Shown here one piece after another: positions 13,207-25,491 of a stretch of DNA of 64,000 nucleotides (its first letter is position 1; each line of letters opens with the position of its first letter). The position numbers and the translations under genes were made by a program. The stretch comes from Utricularia gibba (lineage: Eukaryota > Plantae > Magnoliophyta): positions 620,001 to 684,000 of the forward strand of contig NEEC01000002.1 of the NCBI GenBank assembly GCA_002189035.1. The letters are read 5' to 3'. The notes beneath the pieces are model-generated. The model did no database searches. It saw only the letters and a list, made by a program, of their open reading frames with translations, and was not told the origin of the DNA.

Positions 13207-14461
13207 ATGGCTGCTCTTTTTCTGGGCATCAGAATCTTTAACATGGCTGTATTCTCAATCTTCTGGTTCAATCTTTCGTTTGCACAGTGCCTGGATAAGA
13301 ATGGCAACATTTTATACAACGAGTCATCATATCAACCACGGGGTCTCAGTTCGAAGAGTAGATTTAAAATAGCTTTGCTTAGTATAGCGTTTGGATCATT
13401 GACAGGGATCATTACCGCCAGTTCTTTTGTCTTTCTGGTTGGGAAGTTTTTCAGATACATCAACAAGAAGTCAGTTCTCGAAAGCCCTTTTCTGTTTTCA
13501 CCCAAGATTTCTCCGGAAACACTGACATTAGCTCTTTCAAATGAACCTCAGTTGCTTGGATCAAGCTCCAACGGGAAATATTACAAGGCTGTTCTTGATA
13601 ACGGTTTGACTGTTGCTGTGAAGAGTCTAGAGCCTCCCGAACATCTATTTTCTGGGGCTCAAGGCTTGGCATTGAAGAGAAAGATAAACCAAGAGCTTGA
13701 GAATCTTACTGCTTTGAGACACAGGAATTTGATGAGTTTGAGGGCTTTTGTCTGTGAACCACCTGGTAGATGCTCTTTAGTTTATGATTATATTCCAACA
13801 GGGAGCCTCGATGATGTGATGAGACGAGTGAAGGAACGTCATTTGGAACTGAAATGGGAAGTTCGCCTGAGGATTGTTGTAGGTATAGCTAAGGGATTGC
13901 ATTATCTTCACTTTGTCTGTGATCCCAGAAGATTGCATTACAACTTGAAGCCTTCTAATGTTGTCCTGGACTCTGAGTTTGAACCAAGATTAGCAGATTG
14001 CGGATTAGCACCTGTGTTTCCGAATTTTCGTCAAGGATCAACCGTATATCTTGCTCCCGAATGCTTGCAAGATTCAAGGTATAGATTTCAAAAGTCACTT
14101 CTTTTAACTTCACTCAAGATTTTGTACTGATGTCTGATCATTTATATTTTTGTTACGTAGATACACAGACAAAAGTGATGTCTTCAGCTTTGGGGTCATT
14201 ATGGGTACTCTGTTAACCGGCAAGGATCCGCTTGATCTTGAATCCGGCGGTGGAGCAAGCTTGGGGCAGTGGCTCCGGCGGCAGCAGCAAGCCGGTGAGT
14301 GTCGTGGAGCTCTGGACAGCAGTATTCTTGGAGACGAAATGGAAGAAAATGAGATGATGATGGCTTTAAGAATCTGTATAGCATGTTTATCACATTTGCC
14401 GGCTGATAGACCTTCCAGTGATGAGCTCGTCTCAATGCTAACTCAACTCAACAGTTTCTAA
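13207..14461 (+). CDS. CRN: Receptor-like pseudokinase CORYNE; 2 exons
   Basis: Signal peptide, very short ectodomain and a TM helix. The kinase has HYN in place of HRD and DCG in place of DFG (HYNLKPSNV..LADCG), diagnostic of CRN. C-terminus RPSSDELVSMLTQLNSF. Exons 13207-14078 and 14161-14461. Confidence 0.92.
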
Positions 14462-15486
14462 AACACATCAGGCATTCTGTAGCGAGTTGGCTTTTCTTCC
14501 ACCAGTACATCTGCTGTGGAAGCTCACTTTTTTGACAATGAAACGTAGATTTTGGTTATGAGTCCAACTCATTTGCAAAAGATCACCGGAACAATCCTTT
14601 TACGAACGAACCTGATCTGTCTTCTAAGAAATCTGCTCTGAAACAGGCTAAACATCTGTGAAAGCACAAAGCGCTTGCTTCTCTGCAATTCAGAACTACC
14701 AGATATGTTACACAACTGAATGGGTTTCCTTCATAGGCACCATGTTACCATTGAACAGTTTAGAATGGTGCAACTCACCATATTGTTCTTCAATTGTAGT
14801 ATCTTTTTTAGCATCTCAGAAACATTATCCCCATAGCATTATCTTGTCTTATTGTAAGCCTTACAGTTGCAGGATGTGACAATTGCAACGTGATATCGTC
14901 CTCGGCAGTTGGCACAGAAATCCGTCTCTGGGCCAGAGTCAGGACTCAGAAACAGTGGCTCGTCATATGTGAAGCTCTCAGACATAAGCAACAGCAAGAA
15001 CAGTGAGCATGGTGATGGTGCTCTGTTAAGGCATGTTTTGACTTCTTTACATGGAAGATTTATAATTGAGAGGGAAACGCAATGCCAATGAAAGAACAAA
15101 GAAAATGTGAATAACATTGAGTTGCTTCAAGGAAAACTAACTAGAAGATTCATAATTGAGAGGCATGTTTTGACTTCTACTCGTTTTACTGCAACTGCAA
15201 GCAATGATCTTTTCCAACTGAATCTTCTTTCCTCGTTGCAATTCAACCAGCATTCGAAGTTTCAGAGCGGCCCAGATCAATAGTTTCATGAATCAAGGGA
15301 GGAGATGAAGAATGGGGTGGGACTGCAAAGTGAAAAAGTGAACTGGATACCCGGTTTTGAAAATAAGTTTAATACATTGAATCAAAAGCCTCTGACTCAA
15401 TAACGCAGGTATCTCAGAGGCTATTGATTCCACAAGCAAAACAAATACAGTCTCCACAAGTTACATAAATCGAATGCTCCTCATTT

Positions 15487-18400
15487 TCATTCCTCATTCT
15501 CTTGATTGATTTCTCCACGGGATGCCTCCCAGAGCTGTTGCTCGATTCTTAACTTCCGCAGCTCGATCAACCCTTGCTCAACTTGAACACACAAAACCAA
15601 GTATCAGCTTCAGGGGGGTCAGCACTCATGATATGCCTCTAGAGCAGCTCATGAAACTCACCATCCGATGCATCATGCGAGGTGGGTGCTTGCTCGCTGC
15701 GACTGATCCAAAATTTTTTTAATCTCTCATCTGCTTTCTCAACTTCAATGCCATAAACCTTGGCCCTTCTCCAGAAATATGTAAGCCATGCCTGTGTATT
15801 GGAATTTATAAACCAGATGGTTCAGAGGTCAATGGAAAACTTGTGAGATGTCGAAAGGAACCTCCTTGAAGAGGACATCCTCCGCTTCTTCAGGGCTGAG
15901 GTCTGCAAATGAGTTTATTTTTCTCAGAGTTGTAGATTCAACTTACTTATAGTTGAGCAGACACAAATAGTTTCATAGGAGGATACCATATGCCTCCGTG
16001 AACCTGGGTTCAAATGGCGGAGACTTAAAATCTGCAGCACAAAAGTCAGGGAATGATTCCAAAGGAGAAACCAGTCAATGCCATTCAAGTGCATGGTTGG
16101 CTTTCTGAACAAACAAGAATAAACCTGGCATTGAGGCCCTAGTAGGGGCAGACCGTCTTTGTTGAGCAAATGCGTTACAGATGGATTCTTCAACCTGAAC
16201 AACGATGCAGATATCAAAAGCAAATGAGCAATTCAGAAAGTGATGGCTAGAGCACGAATGGGGAACTAACTATTTTAGCATTCAAAGAAAGAACCTTCAA
16301 AGAAGCAAGTTCCTTTAAACCCATCTCAACTTTCAGCATGCTCTCAATGTTTCCTTCTCCAGTAAGATCACTAACGCCTTCAACGAGTTTACCTCTTTGT
16401 GGCTTGCTGTTACCTGCACAGTAGAAGAATTAGACCATTTAAAACTTCTATAATGGCGGTAATGGTGCTGAGACTAGCCTTTCTTCCAGCGTTCATCCTT
16501 GGCCTTCTGTCCAGCAGATAGAACAATTTCTAAAGGAAGAGGTGCAAAAGAGGACCAATACTCATACTTCGACATGGCAATATCCTCAAAAATGCCTGAA
16601 TGGATCAACAACTCCAATAAATGATCACGCCACATCTCGATTCCGAGTAGTAAAACATGCAGCCTCAAGAGGTCTTCATACAACATTATTTTCCTTATCA
16701 AACTGATAACTGTACTGTAGAGAGATCATTACCAAGTTGTGCGGCCAAGCCCCAGTATCTTGCGAGCCAACACCTTTTCAGGACGACTTCTTCCTGGAAA
16801 GGTTACATAGAAGTATACCAAAGCTGAGCAACTTAATGGGTATATGATCATGAAATTCAGGTAACACCAACTCGCCCACCATTTCATCCTGGGTCAAAAC
16901 CATTCTCTGTGTCATTGAACGAAGGGCTTTAACTTCAGTCATGGTCCCATGCAATTGTTCAGTGACAGTAGCAGCCTCTTGATTTGCGGTCTGCAAAGCA
17001 ACCATTCACAATCTAATGCAGTCAACAGGGACTATATGTTAATTGCTCACAAACACACAACATGAAGTACTCACCTTAACATCAGACCGCAGGGATGACA
17101 TTTCCGCATCCACCCCATCTTTAGCTGCTAGCTTAGCCACCTTGAGTGCAGCCTTCACATTACAATGAAAAGAAAATATTGAAGGGGAATATATGATCAT
17201 CCAGGGCACAAGAAGAATTTCTCTAGTGAAAGGTTATGCACAAGTCAGTCCAGAATCATGAATATCAAAATATCCTTAGATAAGATGACTTGTAAACACA
17301 CCTCTCTTTGTCGTAATGACGCTTCCTTCCTGTAATCATCAATGGAAATCAAGGCCATAAAACACCATCTTAACAACAGCAGAAGTAACCCCATTAAATT
17401 CGAAATACCTGCTCAAAAGTTTAGCTTCCAGAGAAACTCCTTCTCCAAGGGTAGCAACCTGCTTTTCGAGTTCTTTAACTCTTGCCTCAGCCGCTTCATA
17501 ATTTTCCTCAGCGATTCGCAACTGTAGAATCAAGCTAAGTTCGAGGGATAGCACAAATATTTCGGCAGATAGCATAAATGTCAAAAAAAAAAAAAACTCA
17601 CAAACCTTTTCAACAATGTTTTCTTTTTCTTCTTGTAGGACATCAAGCTAACAATGATAAAGAAATTAATATGAGACAGAGCAAGACAGAAACGGTATTA
17701 ATATGAAACATACTTCATCTCGAAGTGCAGAGGCACGGCCATCTCCTTCATTCTTTACATTTGAGATCTCTGCATCTGAGAAGAACCTACATTTCCAAAA
17801 GTGGTTATTCAGATTCTATGGGCCATACTATACAATGAATCTAGTAAAAAAGGATGTACAACTGGATAACTTATTGGTACTTATTTTCTCTTTGCCTGCT
17901 GCTTGGGGGATCAATCTGAGAGATAGGTGAAGGATTTTTGAGTGGAGGCCTAAGAGGAGGCACAGAGGGAGTTGCCTTTGTGTGTATGGTCGTGCGACCG
18001 GTCGATGTTGAGCGAGGTGCTGGATTTACATCCTGCTGAAGTTGAATGACCTGATAAAGAGACGCCACATGAAAATCAAGAAAAACAAGAGACCTGACTA
18101 ACTCTTCAAAGCAAGCATTGACTTTGTATAATAGAGGCAGACGCCTCATGAAAACTAGCATATCTCTAGTAACTTTCAGCTATCAGAATTTGTGCTTCAC
18201 TGTAAGGGCTGGTTTTAAAAAACATTGATAAACCAAGCAATGCTTTTAGAACAGAACTTTAAACTTGCAATTTGCAAATTATACAAAACACACTCTTTTG
18301 ATCCATCCATCCTGCACATCGAACAGAGGTGCTTAGATTACCGCATCAGAAGAAGATCTGGCGATCTTTGTTGATGGAATAAGCGGCTTAACACCAGTAC

Positions 18401-18704
18401 TTCCGCTAAAACCGCTATTCGCCCTTCCAGGAGGCCTGGAAATAGACAGCGGGTGCGGAGAATTGATCCGGGATAGTAAACCTCCATCTTCACCCAGACC
18501 ACCTTCATCATCATACTCATCATTATCTGCGGCGGCGGCTTGGGAAGCCATTACCTGAGCCAGACGCTGAGCCGCTGCCTTAGCGGCGTAGTTCTGTGTC
18601 CGCTTGACATTCGAAATGCTGTTCGCTGAAGGCGATCTAGCGTGATGTCCACGCGCCGACAGCCCACCTCCGGGTTCAGTGCTCCACTGTTGCAATCTCT
18701 CCAT
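15487..18704 (-). CDS. Coiled-coil protein, STOMATAL CYTOKINESIS DEFECTIVE 2-like; multi-exon
   Basis: N-terminal [22 protein letters not shown] motif; coiled-coil exons [30 protein letters not shown] and [18 protein letters not shown]; [21 protein letters not shown]; ends ..[15 protein letters not shown] at 15487. Internal exon boundaries were not all resolved. Confidence 0.87.
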
Positions 18705-19395
18705 TTCTGCAGATGGGTAGCAATCACATCCCGAAAAAGAGTAGAATTAGATAAGAAAAATGAGGACTTGGAGGCTTGCGACGAGAGTAAAGACCTTGTC
18801 GGTGGCCGGTAAGATTCAAAACATCCCGGAGAGGGTAACGGCGAATTTCTCGAGATCTTGCGAGATTTTTTCAGTTAAGGAGGACAAAACGAAACCATGG
18901 AAACAGCAGAAAAAGAAAACTGTTTCATATTGCTACATACATTTTCGGCAATTAATGTCTTGGGTTTACAACCTTTTCCTTCACTTTTTTCAAGAACAGA
19001 TTGCAGTTGCAGCAACCACGGTAGGGTAGGTGTCATTTTCCCTTCTTTTTACAAAGACACTGTTTTTACTTGACAATGAAAGCTTTTAGTTTTCAGCCGG
19101 CAATCTCCCTCCAGTTCAAACCGCATTCACCATCGAAATCCCTTAAAATTACGCAATCAACAAACGAAACAAAAGAGGAATCTTGATTTTCTCCTCTGAT
19201 TGATTCCCCTTAATTCCTCCACTGCTTTCCGCAACTTCAATGGACCGGTAACTGAGATTCCCAATCTCATCTCCCACCAACAGGGCCGGAGAAACAACTA
19301 TCAGATCCTCCGGCAGAAACTCATCAGATAAGTCTTCCGCGGAGAAGACTCTGTTGTTGATGCCTTGGGCATTTTTGTTGCAGCTCCATTGTTAC

Positions 19396-19478
19396 GGGCC
19401 CAACGTCAATCTTTTATTTAGGGTCGCATCGTGTGTCTGGGCCGGCCTAATAATATGGCGTTCAGTTTCTCGGCCCAA
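19396..19478. promoter_or_regulatory. Site II (TGGGCC/GGCCCA) motifs in the divergent SCD2-like/GILP promoter
   Basis: GGGCCCA at 19396, TGGGCC at 19438 and GGCCCA at 19473, between two head-to-head genes. Confidence 0.55.
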
Positions 19479-19622
19479 TCAATGAAGCTTCGTTTCTCCG
19501 GGAGGTGGTCGGTGCGATCGCAGAAGCTTCGCTGCAACTTCGGCGCTTATTGAAGGATTCTCGGCGGCGACTTTAAGGCGACAGAAAGTTGTGAGCACCC
19601 AAGGAACGCGTTTTCTGTGTCC

Positions 19623-20661
19623 ATGGAGAAGGCATCTATGGGTGAGCCGGCGATCGGAATCCCGTACCCCGCTGCGTATCCACCGCCTATGATGGCGCAG
19701 CAATACTACGTCGCCGATAACCCCTATCAAGCCGGCACGATTCCTCCCAACGCGATTTTCGGAGATCCAAAGGGAATCCCTATTCAGCAGACGATCTACC
19801 GGGACACACCTGCTCCCTTTAACTGCCAGCATTGCGGCGACACCGGTGTTACCCTAGTCAAGTGAGTTTCATGACGATTGTCATTGATTCTGATTAGGTT
19901 TCTTGGAAATTGGGTTTTACGCCGTTGACTTGCCCGGAAAGTTGGGTGCGATCGATCGAATGGTATTTATGTTCAGGGAAAAAGATTCGATTTTGAAGTT
20001 GGGGAACTTATCTCTAACTTCAGTGCCCAGACTGCTCATTTTGATTTTCAATTTTTCATGACAGTAGTTTGATTCCCGTTATATCAACCTTGTTGACTTG
20101 ATGCTTGCTCTTGAACTTCCCTCTTTCATCCATTTCCTCTTGGCTGCTACCCGGAAAGCTTGATGCTTGCTGTTTAGTTCTGTAACAGCAATGTTGAGTT
20201 CATGAACATGCGATATGCTCCATGAATGACCTAGTTCACGTACCTAGATGCAAAGAACATGGGAGTAGTCTGCGTTCTTGCGAAATCATCAAGGGATAGA
20301 GCTCCTTCTCCTTCTTCCCTCCATTTATGATGTGTTTCCTGTACTTGAAATTCAGGTCAAAGCCAAGTTTAGCCGCCGGTGTTGCCTGCATGATGCCACT
20401 GATGCTGGGCTTCTGCTTTCTGTGCCCTTCCATGGACTGCCTGTGGCACAAACATCACTACTGCCCAAGCTGCAATCAAAAGGTCAGCTTTCTTCCTTCC
20501 CACATGTTCTCTCCTTCTTCTTCCTCGTCTTCTGCTTCTCCAGTCGGATCACTTACTCGGTGAACCCGTTTCATCAGGTTGCAGATTTCCAGAAGTCTGA
20601 TCCTTGCCTGGTGATAGATCCTCCCCAGTGGGTTCAACAAAGCTTCGCTTTGCCTCATTGA
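19623..20661 (+). CDS. GILP: LITAF-domain zinc-binding membrane protein (GILP-like); 3 exons
   Basis: GDPKGIPIQQTIYRDTPAPFNCQHCG, hydrophobic segment, CLWHKHHYCPSC, C-terminal SFALP. Exons 19623-19861, 20356-20482 and 20578-20661. Confidence 0.9.
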
Positions 20662-22099
20662 CAATGGCGGATCCGATCCGTACCTCTTCTGCTTTAGTTT
20701 GCCGTGTACGTACTACAATCCTCCTATGGACCATGCGTTCAACAACATATACTAAAAGTTAGTTTCATAAAAAGGTATTAGTATATTTAAAAATATTATA
20801 ATTGAATATATAATTAAGTCCGAGTAACTAATATAAATATAATTAACTTATTCCTCAATTTGTGTATTTCATTCAAATATTCAAAAAATAAGTATGTGAT
20901 TATTGATTGGTATAATATTATATTATCAAATATTATATAATCATCTCGTCAACTTTTTATATATAACATTTTAATTAGATTATTTTAATAAAATAAAGCT
21001 CCAAAGGATAAGAACATAGAAATTATTATTTTTATCTTTAAAAATAAATAAATATATATATATATATAAAGATGGAATTTAAATATAAATATATTTTTCA
21101 ACCACGTGGTAGCCTAACCTTTCTTTATTGGTTACCCTTATCGCATGCCTTGGACCGAAGGTGAGTGGGTCCCCCTCTGCTTTTAAGCACGCTAGTTATC
21201 TTCTTGGAATTTTTAAAAATAATAAATTAAAAATCAAAATGGACGCCCGATATTACGCCAGCCGTGGCGTCACCTTCCGCCGCATTTCTGGATTTTGACA
21301 AAAAAAAAAAGATACACAGTTTAAATTAAGATGCATTGCTAAAAACATAAATTAATTATTATATATATAATAAGAGCTGATAATTGGGGAGGGTGTCCTT
21401 GTTCCTCACGACACTGTTAATGAACTCGAGCCGTCTTATTCGGGCCCCACATCGCCTCGCAAAGCGCAGTCGTCATTGAGAAAGGCTCCCTTGCAGCGCA
21501 AGTTGATAAAAGTGGACTTTTCTCATGATTTTCCTGATTTTTTTATTTCAAAAATGATCCGACCATATTGATATTATCGGATTATTATGTATTCATAATT
21601 TCTAAATTGATCATGTTTAATTTTTTAATTAAGTTTAAAAATTAATGAAGTCTATGAATCTATATTTTGATAATTAAATAAAAGATTAATTATAAAAATT
21701 AACTTTTTGAGATACTGAGATGATTAACCATGGTTAATGGCGTTCCTGTTTTCTCCGGTTTCGTTGCTGGGAACTGGAGCCATCCCGATTCAATGGAACG
21801 GTGGATAAGATATTTTGGGGGTGGCCGCCGCTCAGTGTCGGCATCTCTTCTTCGGAGGAGGAGGAATGAATCATGAGTGATGGTGTTTCTGTGAAAATAG
21901 ACTTGCAGTCAACGTTTTAGACGCCATAACCCCACTCAAGTTTCTTCTTCGTTTTATTCCAGTGCATGATGCCTTTTTCCCGGGCTTCTTCTTCGTCTCC
22001 TTTTGCTCCTCTTCTGCTCTAATCTTGTCTGTCTTTTTTGGTAACTGATATTGTCATCAACATTCCTTCTTTTTTTTGTTCTCATTTTGCGTTTCTGTA

Positions 22100-23545
22100 A
22101 TGGTGGGCTGCGACTTCTGCTGTCACCGGACGGCGATTCTGTTTTGCCGTGCTGACAGTGCGAAGCTCTGTCTGTCGTGCGACCACCAGGTGCACACAGC
22201 CAACGCTCTCGCCAAAAAGCACCACCGTTCACAGATCTGCGACAACTGCGCCGCCCAGCCCGCAGGGATCCGGTGTGCTACCGACGGATTAGTCCTCTGT
22301 CAGGACTGCGATTGGGACGCTCACCGGTGTGCCAACCATCTGCGCTCCCCGCTCGAGGGCTTCACCGGTAGCCCATCCCCTTTTGAACTGGCTCCATCTT
22401 GGGGCGCTGAGAAGAAATCACCGCCGCACGAGTGGAGCGGTTTTCTGGAGGAGCTGATGGTACCCATCTCCTCAGATTACGGTGGCAAGAGCTTAACTTA
22501 TGGTAAACATAAACAAGCTATACTTGAACAGTTGCTGGAGCTTTTGTCTCAGAACGGCGCCGGTACCAGTCGGGATATGGAAGAGATGGTTCCAAGTACG
22601 CCGCCGTGTAACGGCTCTTGGCACCTCGAGAATTTCTGCGAAACAACCCAAGAAAAGAAGCCTTCGCCGCAAAGCCAGAGCAGCAGTACCACAACAATGT
22701 TGACCCAGCCAGTTCCTAAGCAAGAACCATGGAACAATACCAGCAGTCGAGCTCGGGTACTCTGTTTATGCGCTGATTTGGCACGGTGTTTGTACAGAGT
22801 TCCGGAGGTATTTCACACTTAAATCCCTCTTTTGCAGATCTGGGATTTCAATCTTGGACAGTTAAGAGGGCAAGATGAGCACAGCCCAGAACAGATTGAA
22901 TACAGTGATGGTAATCTCCTGTTCAATGACAATTCATACAGTGAGCTGCTGCCAAACGAAGCTTCCTCGGCAAAGAGACCAGGCGTCAAGATTCCAGTGG
23001 TCGATTTTTCTATCCCAAACAAGGATATGATCCCCTTCGTGGTAAGCAATGTGTTCTCTCTGTTAGAACTCCTATGCAGTTCGATAAAGATTTGATCTTT
23101 GAAATGAGCAGGCCACCGCCAACGTTAACCATATGCTTGGTCAATGGCCCGCAATATCAGAAAGCAAGGATTTACAAGCATCAGAGGAGGGTAATAGCAG
23201 AAAGGGATCCTATGATGGCCTAATTAAGTTGCATTTTGGGGATCAGCCGGTTCCACTTCAGAATGACAGTATGTCATCTTCCATGATGAAGGCAAACATG
23301 GAACTCATGGCAAAAAATCGAGAGGATGCCGTGATCAGATACAAGGAAAAGAGGAAAACAAGGAGGTAGATCAAAGGCTCCATCCCTGTTTCTGTATTCA
23401 GTTGACAATGTGTCCTGATGATGTCCTTGACGTTTCATTTCATTGCAGATATGATAATCATATCAGATACGAATCAAGAAAAGCAAGAGCAGACACTAGG
23501 AAGCGAGTGAAGGGCAGATTCGTCAAGGCAACAGAAGAGCCATAA
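22100..23545 (+). CDS. CONSTANS-like B-box/CCT protein (COL14/15 group); 4 exons
   Basis: Two B-boxes ([22 protein letters not shown]; CDNC..CQDCD) and a CCT domain ([10 protein letters not shown]|[26 protein letters not shown]). Exons 22100-22756, 22838-23041, 23112-23365 and 23449-23545. Confidence 0.92.
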
Positions 23546-24003
23546 CATGGTCTCATGCTTTTATGCTGACTTGCTTCAGCTTGAATTTCCATGTAATTCT
23601 ACTGATTCTCAGCGCTTTTTGTCTGTCAAATAACACAATGTATCTCTATGATCATTTGTTGAAGTTGAAAAGCTGAGAGAAAAAAAACATTCTTCATCAA
23701 GCTGGTCCATTTGGTCTGAGCAGAAATGTGGTCGTGTACGTGAAGACAGGGGCGAACTAATATTAATTGAAGCCAGAAGTCTCTTACCATCACAATCATT
23801 TCCAAGAAACTGACATAGCCATTGGCGGTTGACAAAATTCAGACAACCTTAACTTCCTCTTTTTCATCACACCCAAACTCGGTGTTTCTGTTCAGTCACC
23901 GATAAAGAAAAGAATGTAAGATTTATCTCTGCTTCTGCTAAAGAGCGCTTTTGGGGTGAAAGTGAAAAGGGGGATCAACATTTTCTGCAGCGGAGAAGGG
24001 TCC

Positions 24004-24450
24004 ATGACGACAATGGTGCAGCGGAATTCGGGTGCGACGTTGGAGGATATGATTCTCCGGCTGGCGATGGAGGAAAAAAATGCGCCAAGAATGTCGAGTG
24101 CCTAAAATTCTTTGACTCAATACCGAAGATTCTCCTTCAACGGAAAAGACGCAATATACAGAGATTCGTTCACGGCACCGGTGAGAGCAGGAAAAACGCC
24201 GGTGGTTGTGGGCCGAGAGAGGGTGGTGTGGTGCAAACCCGGGGCGGTGGCGATGCTGATGGGACTGGAGATGACTCCGTTACCACTACGTCTGCGCGGT
24301 CTTCAGTCGTCACGGATGGGAAAAGTCGGAAATATACAGCGGCAGAATCCGAGGAGGAGAGGCGAAGCAGAGGAGAACAGCAAAGGCGGTGCCCTGCATG
24401 CAGTAGCGGACCGGTTCTGCCGGAAATACAGTTCTCCGAAGACCGCGTAG
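24004..24450 (+). pseudogene. Small intronless VARLMGL-motif gene interrupted by an in-frame TAA (24103-24105)
   Basis: One frame reads MTTMVQRNSGATLEDMILRL..RMSSA*NSLTQYRRFSFNGKDAIYRDSF..VVWCKPGAVAMLMGLEMTPLP. The VAxLMGLE segment resembles the VARLMGL motif. Family assignment is from recall. Confidence 0.6.
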
Positions 24451-24888
24451 CACCGCCCAGCAGCCCATTTCGGAATTGGCCCAAACTCTGATTAGGCCCA
24501 TCGTCAATTCAGAATCTTTTTTTATGAGAAAGTTAGTTCAAAAATATGTTAAACTATATTTTTTATTATTAAATACTAACAATATGTTATAAAATATAAT
24601 TTAATATAAATATAAAATGCGCATCACTCTTTATAATTAATTATATTTAATAAATCGAAGGTGGCCAAGGCCACGTGTAGTTGCAGTCAATGAGCGTCGT
24701 TTTGATAGAGGAATAATGCAGAGGTCGAAGGCGTCGGACACGGTGTCGGATGCTTTTCTTTTATTCCAAATTCAAACTTGAAACAAGGAGGAAATGGAAG
24801 AGGACAATTAGCATGTCGTCTTCGATGCAGACTTGAGATTCTTTTCGAGTGATTGAAACAAGTAACTGATGGCGACACGGGGAGATTC

Positions 24889-25491
24889 TCAGGCGTGACA
24901 CTGGAAACACGGTGGCGCGGGTTTGCCGCAGTCTTCGAGGACACGGCGACACTTGGGGTAGAGAAGGTTGATGTTGAGCGTCGCTTTGGCTTTCACGGCG
25001 GTGCAGAGGCATTCAGCAGCCTCCCAGTCAGTCAGACGTTGGATCACCGGGCAGCAGACCGTCTTCGGGTCAACACCGATACCGATTCCGATTCCGGCGT
25101 GCACCAGGCCACCCAGAACGTCGACGCACGCCTCAAGTTCCACCGTCGCGATGGGACACGTCGGCTGGTACGATGGGCACGTCGTTTCCGGTGGTGTGGG
25201 AATAGTCGGAGGATTGTACACGGGTGGAGGATTATATACTGGCGGTGGCTTGACGACGGGTGGTGGGGTCGTGGGGGGAGTGTACACAGGCGGTGGTTTA
25301 GCCACCGGAGGCGGATTATACGGTGGCGGCGAGGGCGTGGGACGATGCACCGGAGGCAGATTCGGTGGCAGCTTCGGCGACGGTGTGTAGGGAGGGCACT
25401 CATTACATGCTAGACAAAGGTAGCCAGTCCCGACGCCGGAGACAAGCACCAAAAACATGATTCTTGCGATAACCCGCAAAACCATCGCCAT
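24889..25491 (-). CDS. Hybrid proline-rich protein (Pro repeats plus 8-Cys LTP-like domain); intronless
   Basis: Signal peptide, repeated PPVYxPP/KPPPV units, then C..CVDVLGG..CC..CLC..C..C pattern. Confidence 0.92.
   Translation of the reverse strand: MAMVLRVIARIMFLVLVSGVGTGYLCLACNECPPYTPSPKLPPNLPPVHRPTPSPPPYNPPPVAKPPPVYTPPTTPPPVVKPPPVYNPPPVYNPPTIPTPPETTCPSYQPTCPIATVELEACVDVLGGLVHAGIGIGIGVDPKTVCCPVIQRLTDWEAAECLCTAVKAKATLNINLLYPKCRRVLEDCGKPAPPCFQCHA

Noticed and set aside
24853-25413. Gly-rich and Arg-rich plus-strand ORFs
   Set aside because: Antisense frames of the Pro-rich HyPRP repeats.
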